A stretch of 64,000 bases of DNA from Chrysemys picta bellii (taxonomy: Eukaryota). The position numbers and the translations under genes were made by a program. Below the pieces are notes generated by a model. It worked only from the letters and a program-made list of their open reading frames with translations. It was not told the origin of the DNA and did not search any database. The stretch is from contig NC_088791.1 of assembly GCF_011386835.1 (NCBI RefSeq), forward strand, positions 206,274,001-206,338,000, written 5' to 3'. Shown piece by piece: positions 12,831 to 21,796 of the stretch (its first letter is position 1; each line of letters starts with the position of its first letter).

Positions 12831-15515
12831 GCTAAATATGGATTTAGAAGCCTACATTTAGGCACCCATTCTTGAAAAGTCTCAGACCATGATTTTCAAA
12901 AGTGACTAATGTTTCTGGGCTTCTCAAATTTTGGGTGTCCAGCTTGAAACACTGCAAGGGGTTCTGATTTTCAGAATGTGCTGAACCCATCAAGCTTTCT
13001 CAAGTTGGGTATCCAAAAATGAAGGCACCCAAAATGACCAGTTACTTTTTAAAATCTTGGTGTTGGTGTAAGGTAGATTTATGGAAGCATAGATGTGTGC
13101 ACAGGAAGCTGTTGATTTAATAGCCAGAGAGTATTGGTTATGCTTGACAATTCATAGGAGGAAATTCAGGCAAAATTGTATTGTGGAAAGGGAAATCTCC
13201 TTTAATCTACTGAATACAAACATATTTGGTCACTAATCATATAGACTTTTTCTGTATCATGTAAGGTTTGAATTGCTGACTTACTAGAAGGTTTTACTTT
13301 TATCTCTTTGCGGTTGTTTACCGGCTTATTAAGGCCATTTAGCAATGTTTTCTATTGTGAATTTTGGACTTTTTAAAAAGGATCAGTTCCTTACAGAACA
13401 GTGAAACAACAATATACATTCAGCTAAATGGACTTGGGTTGTCTGGACAATCTGAAAAAAAAACATAAACAAAATTGCGTATAACTTTTTTTTTTTTAAG
13501 AGGAAGATAACAGGTATAGATATAGTATGATTTTTGCTAGCTGCTGTAAATTGGCCCTGTAAACAGCTTTACCTGGCACCTTTGTGTACCCTTTCATATG
13601 GCCCCATTACCCTCCTTCCCCAATGTAATAACCAATGTTTATATGTTGTGTCTTTTTACCAGTCTGCATCTTATATTTGGGGCTCAATCCTGCAATGTAT
13701 TGAGTGTTTCCTGGGAGGTATGTAGTGCACTCAACTCCCATTGGAGGATAGGCCTGCCCCTGCTTCCACTGAAGCAATGACATCTCTCTCATTGTTTTCA
13801 TAAGGAACAGGATCGAGCCCTAGAAAGAGGGCTTCCTTCAGGGTTGTGTTTCTCTTTTTTAGTGGCCAGTTATCTTCCCTTTTCTCATGGCGGCAGGAAT
13901 TACATTTCAGAAACATTCATTCTTAAGGTGTTTGTTTTCACCCGTAGGATTCAGATGCTAAATGATGCAGTGTTTCTAAACAGTCAGCGTGCATCAGTTG
14001 TTTGCAAGCAAAGTACTTGTTTGCCTTTTTTCCTTTCAGCCATAAGACAGATGAGACAGTCTTGAAAGACAGCAGTCAGTCAATGTATAACACACTCACA
14101 GTAAACTGGGTTCTTGCCCAGCTTCCTTTTTGTCTTACTAATTTTTTAAAGAGAGCCTTCCATAGTCTCCTTTCCTGACATTTTATTATATTTTGCAGGC
14201 TTTATTCACCCATAGCTTGAATTTGGAGACCTTCCAGCCATGCTGCAAAACCCATCTACTAAATTGTTTTTTTCGTGGGGGTTGAGGATACGTTCCCAGA
14301 ATGATGGGGGGTGAAGATGAGGGTGTTTTTTTGTTTATAGATGGCCCACTGAATTGAGTTATTTGTTCCAGTTATGCGTTCGTTTCTTAATGCTGCTGGG
14401 GTTATGGCCTTGCTGCACCATTAAATTATGACAGGGCACCTAAATATCTTGTACAGGCAACCTTTTTGTTATTTAAATCTAAATACATTCATGAAATTCA
14501 CACTGAATTTTAAAAATCCCACTGAATTTATTAGCAGACACAACAAACAAATGCTTGTATGGGAGTCTCAGAATGATTTGTGATGTCTCGTCTGAAGGTT
14601 GCTATACAATAGAAACCACTTAATTGGGATCCTTATAAATGGCACACCAGGGGATATATTTAATGCAATGCATTTCAGTGACCCTAAACAGTGATTAACT
14701 GGCACACCAGCTTGTGAAAAATCAATTTAAATGGCACACCTGGTGTTGTCTACAAGCCTTGTTGAAATAGTTCACAGGTGCAAATTGGTATTTGAGAGGA
14801 TATGTCTCTTGCTGTGTGGCCCCCCTTGTTTGCCGAGTGCTTAATTCTTCTTCTCAGCTCTGTTATGGCCTCTAAAACTAAACAAATCAATCGTAAATTA
14901 ATATAGTTTCTAAGATACTTTGTGCAGAGCTTATTTTTGAAGCAATGTATAAAACAAAAGAGGATATATGCTGTACCAGCACCATTTAGTCCTCTGAGCC
15001 ATTGATAATGGTGATGATTGCTTAATTGACATGTTTCTCTTTCCACCGAGGTGCCCCAATTCTCCTGTATAAAAAATAAGTTATGTATAGATTTCCCCTC
15101 TGGGCCCCTTTGCCTGCATTGATTTATTTTATTTGATTTACCCAGCAAGTCTTGCAAAACTCGCTGGGTTAAAAGTTATCCGTATCGTATTTACAGTAGC
15201 AAGGCTCACTGTGGTCTTAATTACAAAATTGGCCTAATTATGGATACCTGCTTCTACAGCTTGAATTGTATCCCCATGTATTCTCTAAAAGCAAATAATA
15301 TAATCTCTCCCTTTCTAGTTCTATTTTCTATATAGTGTGTTATTGATTCATTGATTTTATTCTTGCATTTACTGTAGTGTGTTCTAATTTCTGTCTGGGG
15401 AGTTGAAATGTTCCATTGCTACTAGTCTATTTCTTTTCACACAACACTCTTTGGTTTCTGACATTCCTTTTGGATGTTGCTCCTCTAAATCTGTGGCTAG
15501 CGCTCTAGAGACAAA

Positions 15516-15749
15516 GGGCTGGTCCACACTAACCCCCCACTTGGAACTAAGATACGCAACTTCAGCTAAGTCGAACTATCTTACTTCGAACTTACTGTGG
15601 GTCCACACGCGGCAGGCAGGCTCCCCCGTTGACTCCGCATACTCCTCTTGCTGAGCAGGAGTACCGGCGTCAAGGGCGAGCACTTCTGGGATCGATCCCA
15701 GAAGATCGATTGCTTACTGCCAGACCCGGAGGTAAGTATAGACGTACCC
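15516..15749. mobile_element. Harbinger-type MITE
   Basis: TIRs GGGCTGGTCCACACT / AGTATAGACGTACCC; 3-bp flanks AAA/AAA; CpG-rich body. Confidence 0.75.
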
Positions 15750-15774
15750 AAAGAGCTCTCTGTGCTGGCTATTG

Positions 15775-16726
15775 GTGAACTGAAGAAAGAGACAGAGGGC
15801 AGATTCACAAAGGGATTTAGGCACCTAACTGCCACTTTGGGCACCTAAATCCAAAATTTAGGTGTCATTGGCATCACAAAACCACTGCTCAGCTGTCACT
15901 TAAAGTCCCTGGGCATCTAAGTTTCTGCCAATAAAGCCCCTGAAGTGCCTAAATTGACACTGCCCAACAGCTTGGTGCCTAAGCCCTACTGGGATTCGCA
16001 AATTAGGTGTTCCTCAGAGGCCACTCAAGACAATTTGCTGCCTTCCTCCTACACTCTTGAACACAGGTTCTCAACCTGGGCAGACTTAGTTGGGGGGCAT
16101 AGCAAGCCTTCTGATGGTTTGGTGGTTACGGTAGGCATTGGGAGGGAAGCACTAGGTTACAGTGCCACTCACTCAGGTTTGGCCCAGCTGTCCCTCCATC
16201 ATAACGGGGATGGCCATTGGAATTTGAGTGAGTGGTGTTGTAACCTCGAGCGTGAGATCGCAGTGCCACTCAGGATTTGTTTGTCTATTCCTGCTGCCCT
16301 AGGCAGAATCTGCCACCCAAGACCCCTGCCTAGTTTGCCTATAGCTAGCACAGCCCCTGTGTTCCCCACATACCCTGCAGTTTAGGCCCAATCCAGTACA
16401 CATGCTCTGAGAACATCTAAACCCACACAAAATGGCAGCAGGAGCTGCTGGTGTCCCTCCATAGCTTTTAGCTCAGTGGTTAGAGTATTCACCCAGGCTG
16501 CTGGTGTCCCTCCATAGCTTTTAGCTCAGTGGTTAGAGTATTCACCCAGGCTGTGGGGGTCAATTTTCACCTCTGCCTGATGTGGAAGGTGGGGAGGCTC
16601 AAGTTCAAATCCCTTCTCCACAAGAGTGCTCTAATCACTGGGCTACAGGGTGGTTTAGGGCTGGTTGCTCTCAGTCTCTCCTGTTGAAGCAGACATTGGG
16701 CTAGAGAGAGAGTTGGAATGACCCAA
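15775..16726. repeat. Turtle interspersed repeat with tRNA-like A/B-box pieces; host of the provirus, apparently continuing at 22352-22430
   Basis: TTAGGCACCTAA motifs, AGCTCAGTGGTTAGAG, GGCTCAAGTTCAAATCCC; right flank TCTATAGCCCAGCAATTAGGGAACTCACC is of the same type. Confidence 0.5.
16444..16553. repeat. Perfect 53-bp tandem duplication
   Basis: GCTGCTGGTGTCCCTCCATAGCTTTTAGCTCAGTGGTTAGAGTATTCACCCAG at 16444-16496 and 16497-16549. Confidence 0.95.
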
Positions 16727-17295
16727 TGTTAGGCTCTGATAGAGGCCTCTCTACGGGATAGGAGAGCAGGCAGATATCAGACACAGTGTTGGTATATAAT
16801 ACTCTAAATATTTTTATGGATTACAATATAAACCCCACTCACTCCACATTCACACTCCTTTCATACCACACCAGAATCTGAAGATCTGAAAGAATCCCGA
16901 TGGCTAGTCAAAATTCAGTCCAATCACAAGGCCTGGGGAGTCCCACGTTACACGCCTCTTCTTTTTCAGGACTCTGAGACAGTGTCTAACTCCAACTTCA
17001 GCTATAGCAAACAACCTTTTTTATAGACCAGCCCCTTGCATCATTAGCTCTTTGTCTAAGTCTTTCATCCATAATTCCAGAAGAGAGGTTCCGGGCAGGC
17101 CGCCATAATCCAAGACATTCCATTTCCTCTTATGGACATGACAAAGTTTGTTTTGCACAGACAATTCTTGACTGCTCATAACCTTAAATCCTTGCTTCAG
17201 CTGCCAGCATGCAACTCACATACTCATGTCAAGCATACAGCATTTATAGTAGGCCCAGATGGCCTATAGCGTATTCCAACATATACATCACAACA
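16727..17295 (-). repeat. 3' LTR (569 bp)
   Basis: TGTT...AACA termini; aligns with 21797-22351; TATA (minus) at ~17019-17025; polyA signal reads CATAAA (16813-16818). Confidence 0.96.
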
Positions 17296-17306
17296 GTCCC
17301 CCTTTT
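17296..17306 (-). promoter_or_regulatory. Polypurine tract AAAAGGGGG plus AC dinucleotide before U3
   Basis: Minus strand reads AAAAGGGGG-AC-TGTTG at the 3' LTR boundary. Confidence 0.88.
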
Positions 17307-17342
17307 GATACATGATTAATAACATTGATTATTGTATGACTT

Positions 17343-20049
17343 TTATAATTTTGCAAGCAGCTCAGCTTTATATAGTTCTCATTCCAAAACTGCTTGTCAT
17401 TTTCTTATTTGACAGTACAAACACAGCATGACAAACATTAATAGAATCATTGACATGAACAATATAACAATAGGATACAATGCCTCATTCAGGAGGGCTG
17501 TAGCACTGGGACACCATTCCTTAGAAACATTGTACCAATGGTGGACTGTCAATTCTTCCCCTTCTTTTCCTAATTTTAATATTTGACCATTATGCAACAA
17601 GATACTTATCTTTCCCAGCTAGGCAGATTTAGATACATCCTTTGCATATTGTTTTATTTTTTTTCACTTTTATCAACCAATTCCTCCCATTGTTCCCAAG
17701 GTACCCCTAAGTCAAAGGACCAGTCCCCATCTTTTGGTTCCCAAATGATTTCCTTTTTTAAGAATAAGGGTCCCCGATAAACAATTCCTTCAATAATAAC
17801 CTCTGTTACATTACATTTGCATGACTCGATTGGACCTTTTTCTGTCATATCTCCCCAAAATATATATTTTTCAGTGGTCACAACACAAATGCACCCATTG
17901 CCTAAATCAAACACTCTTGTGCCATTGGGGCTAAATACTGTATTATACAATGTCCACTTGAATTATTTGGAGGACATACCTCTAAAGAACAAGTTAGCTC
18001 TGGGCACATCCATTCATTTTGCCTGCACGCCTCACAACGTTTTACCAATTCCACTAATTTATAGCCCCCCTCTTCCTGAATCAAATGTCTTCCCCTTATT
18101 TCTATTTGCCATAATTCTCTGTTCATAATCTTTGGCAGCATCCCGGCCATTGCCGCTCTTTTCTTTTTTCCAGTGTTATCCTGCCCTTCCAATCCCCTTT
18201 TAGAGTGGTCTGATTCCAATTAAACCCAAGGTGTTTCTTCCATCCTATAATTCGTTGTCTCTATATATGGGAGTCTTTGAACAACTCAAAGGGTCATTGC
18301 CCATTACTCAGTATATTGACTATCCTCTCTATATACCGTATCCCATAAGCTTGAATCTGTACACATAGTATTGCTAATGCAGTCGTGTTATTAATTTCTG
18401 ACATACTCAATAAATTAGCATTTAAAGATGCTTCCAAGGCTTGTATTTGTTTTACTTGGACCACTACATTCCTTATTCCTGGCGCTGATAATGTGCCAAC
18501 ATTTTGTATTACATGCGTATGTATGGCTCCCAAAATCTCACCCAACGTTGACATTTTCTTTTGTAATGTCTCAATAACAAATGAACTCAACACCCCAACC
18601 CCAGCGCCAATGCCACCCACAATATACTCTCTGATACCTCTTTTACTTCTTTTAGCTCCATCTCCCCATTGTTGTTGCCACGTTAGTAATAGAGGCAAGG
18701 CATATGGCATACACTCTGAATGTTGTGCACTCACATCTAATTGTGACCCCTCCAGCCAGATCGTTTGGTGCACAATAGTTGGGGCTTCAATTACTTCCCC
18801 CTTCATCTGCCATAATTCTTGGTGCTGTTTTATTTACTGGTATTTGATTAAGAAACATGAAATACCTACCATATCACCAGGGCCCTCCCTAGCTATTCTG
18901 GGGCCCTACGCAACCCCCCCAAGGGTGTGTGTGTGGGGGGGGGCAGGCCTCTGCAGAGGAGGAAGCGGGGGGGCTGGCCCCAGGCCTCTGCGGGAGAGGA
19001 GCAGGCCCCAGGTCTCTGTGGGAGGCTGGCCCCAGGCCTCCGCAGGGGTTGGGGCAAGGAGCAGGCCCCAGGCCTCCATGGTGGGGCTGGCTTGGTCGGC
19101 AGGGGGGAACCACCCCCCCAGCACTCACCAGTGGCATGGCTGGGGCCGGGTCGCTGCACTCCTGCTGCTGGTGAGTGCAGCCCCGGCCCTGCTGCAGAGC
19201 TCAGGGGAGTGAGGGTGGGGCTGGGCAGGGGTAGGAAGAGGCAGGACTGGGGCAGGGTGGGGGCGGAGCAGGGGCAGGAGCCCTGGGGAAGAGCCGTAGT
19301 AGGGGCTAGAGCAGCTACGTACTTTGAGTAGGGAATGACGGCCCTGCATATCCCCAAAAGTATATTCCCCTATTGATTTTCCTGAAACAGCTTAATTTCA
19401 CCATTATGGAATTTACCATAGCGTCATACCTCCACACTTCGAAAGCCGCTGACTCATTCCATCCCACATGGACATTAGCCAATTCTTTTTCATAAATCAC
19501 ATCCAGGGTAGTTACATTAAATCCCAAATTCCAAAAAGTGCAATTCAGGATGCTTATATTTGGGTTATTTTCATTATAACTAAATTTAAATGTCAACCAG
19601 TGCTCCCCTTTTATAATATAAAAATACCTCCATTGCTTCTCCAAGTCCTCTGGTTTTAAATATTCCCATATTAAATTCTTACCATTTTCCCACCATATTT
19701 CAAATTTTACCTCAAAGGGTTTCCACTCACATCTGTCTTTGTTTGGTCCCATTTTCTCCATTGTGTCCCATTGATAGTCGAACGTATTATTCCCTTTAAT
19801 CCATACCTCCATTTTAGAGGTGCTCCCATGTGTATATCCTTGTACCCCTAAACTTTCCCAGATACTTACAAAACATAAAAAACAGAAACCATATCCCCAC
19901 CCTTCAGGGTGCCATTGACTTTCCCATTTTTCCCGAATCATTGCTGACAATGTTAGAACTTTTACTTTAAAATCAATTTTCATTCTCTGCAAACTTTCCG
20001 CTTTTCTGGTTCCACTTTTGCACACCTCTTGTGTTGAGGTCATGGTCAT
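17343..20049 (-). pseudogene. env: Envelope glycoprotein (class I fusion), disrupted by MITE, frameshifts and stops
   Basis: Hydrophobic signal GYGFCFLCFVSIW; sequons NNT, NIS, NCT, NVT, NES, NKT; RSKR|GIREYIVGGIGAGVGVLSSF; heptad-like region; Cys-rich CPELTCSLEVC, GCICV, SCKC; HHWYNVSKEWCPSATALLN then TM anchor YPIVILFMSMILLMFVMLCLYC. Confidence 0.92.
18878..19346. mobile_element. hAT-type MITE inserted in env
   Basis: CAGGGCC/GGCCCTG termini; 8-bp TSD CATATCAC (18870-18877) vs CATATCCC (19347-19354); removing it restores the frame ...YFWGY|GRYFMFLNQ. Confidence 0.92.
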
Positions 20050-20311
20050 TATTCCATAAGAATAATGTCCAGTGCCTCTGACTCTACTACCCCAAGCACT
20101 TTTGTTAAGCCTTTGCTAAACTCTTCTGTCTTCACTTGAGCTCTGGTATTCTTCTTCCTAAAATGTAAATGACACAAAACAATCTTTCCACCAGACAAAT
20201 AAAGCAAAGCAAAGCGAATATAAGCAGCAAACCAATTGCAAAAGTTGTTGCACCATATCCACACTCCCAATCCAGGATCCGTTTGGGATATCCTCCAGTG
20301 CAGTTGGACAT
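20049..20311 (-). CDS. Putative accessory small single-pass membrane protein (59 aa as is; ~87 aa if one frameshift is repaired)
   Basis: Starts 13 nt after a TTTTGGTTTGTTTTACAG acceptor; MSNCTGGYPKRILDWECGYG-ATTFAIGLLLIFALLCFICLV; second frame RKKNTRAQ...DIILME* ends in TAATG overlapping the env ATG. Confidence 0.5.
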
Positions 20312-20324
20312 TCCACTTTTATTT

Positions 20325-20343
20325 CTGTAAAACAAACCAAAAG
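20325..20343 (-). promoter_or_regulatory. Candidate splice acceptor just after the pol stop
   Basis: Pyrimidine-rich tract + ACAG (AG at 20326-20325), ~25 nt after pol stop TAG at 20351-20349. Confidence 0.6.
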
Positions 20344-20348
20344 GTTAT

Positions 20349-21776
20349 CTAATCTTTGGGCCATACCTTTAATTGTGATGTGTGTACTCATTTCCCCTTT
20401 TTTTTCTTTGTTAATTTGCACTACAGTGAGGGAAATTTTATTCATAATTGAAAATGGTCCAACACATTTTGATTCTAAGACATGATCTTTTGGTGTCAGC
20501 CTCAGATACATCCCCTATCCCCTATGTTCCATAATTTCGTATCTTGGGTGGCCTGTGAGTCCCTATATTCTCTTGCTTTCTCAGTTGCATCTGTTAATCT
20601 AAATTCCATTTTCTTAAGTTCAGTCAGTAATTCTTTAACCCATTGAGTAACCGATACTTCCTCTACATCCCCTTTTCCTTGGTACAGTAGAGGGCCCCAC
20701 AGTCTCATAGGCCTTCCAAAGAGAATTTGGTATGGCTGGTACCCTGTACTTCACCGATCACTACTTTGAATTGCTGCCAACATCAATGGTAATTTCTCTG
20801 CTCAATCTTTACCTGTTTCCTGTACCACCTTTCATAGAGCCTTCTTAATAGTTTGATTCATTTTCTCTACTGATCCTGATGATTGAGGACGGTAAGGAAT
20901 GCGTAACTGCTGCTTTAGTCCTAAAACTTTCAATAAGCTTTTCACTACTTCCCCCACAAAATGCGGTCCATTTTCCAAATCAATTGGTCTCAGAGTTCCA
21001 TACCTGCTAAAAACAACTTCCCATAGTTTCTTAGCGGTTGTCTCTGCAGTATGGTTCTGGATAGGAATCGCCTTCACCCATCCAGAAAAAGAATCCTCCA
21101 CCACCAGCAAATACTGATTTCCTCTGGAAGTTTTTGGCAACTTATCAATATAGTCCATTTGTATCCTACTCCACGGCCCTACAATTCTCTGATGTAACAA
21201 TGGCCCTGCACTAGGTGTTCTATTGCTGTCTGCCATGCATTTTATACAATTTTTAACAAATCTTTCTACATCTTCCTGTACTCTAGGTCAAATTCCAATT
21301 TGTTTTACCTTAAAAAGCATATTCTCTATTCCTTGATGTGCCATGGAGTGGCAGACATTAATAATTTCTTCCCTTTGGGTTTTTTCAGGTACCCACTTTA
21401 CCTCTCCTGTCTTTTTGTTCACTGCATATCCCCCTGTACCCTCCAGTTTCCCCATTTTTCTTCTGGCTTAATCTCCTGCACTATAGCCTGAGCTCTAGTA
21501 ACCACCGCAATTCCCAAAAGCTCTTTTGCTGCTTCCACCCTGGCCAAGCTATCAGCATTATCATTCCAGAATTTCTCGCTTTTGATGGCCTTTATGTTGT
21601 ACCTTCAGTTTCACTGGATTCCTCTTTAACCAATTATAAATTCATTTCCAGTCCTTCTTTTGGACCACACTTTTCCCCTCAGCTGTTTCCCAATTATTTC
21701 TTTTCCAAGTCCCAATCCAATAAAACAATCCTTGTACTACAAAATCTGAATCTATATAAACGTTCAGGCAATCCAC
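20349..21776 (-). pseudogene. pol: pol remnant: RNase H C-half + integrase
   Basis: RH: NVYIDSDFVVQG..W..NNWETAEGK..KGHQ..FWNDNADSLAR; linker AVVTRAQ; HHCC CHSMAHQG..KNCIKC; core QMDYID..VVEDSFSG..DLENGPHF..PYRPQSSGSVEKMNQTIK; STGYQPYQILFGR; GPF; ends K(W)VHTSQLKVWPKD*. About 11 stops/frameshifts by hand. Confidence 0.96.
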
Positions 21777-21794
21777 TGCCCACATTCTCCACCA
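21777..21794 (-). promoter_or_regulatory. Primer binding site, tRNA-Ala(AGC)
   Basis: TGGTGGAGAATGTGGGCA, 2 nt (TT) from the LTR end; 17/18 complementary to the vertebrate tRNA-Ala-AGC 3' end TGCCCGCATTCTCCACCA; mismatch at a CpG. Confidence 0.85.
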
Positions 21795-21796
21795 AA

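Noticed and set aside
18385-19212. 275-aa plus-strand ORF antisense to env (ASP/HBZ-like?)
   Set aside because: Starts at GTG; 40% lies in the GC-rich MITE; the rest is in register with env codons, where antisense frames are often open by chance.
17343-21776. Several Trp-to-stop changes suggesting APOBEC hypermutation
   Set aside because: Only ~6 events with mixed contexts, plus CpG stops and frameshifts; consistent with neutral decay.
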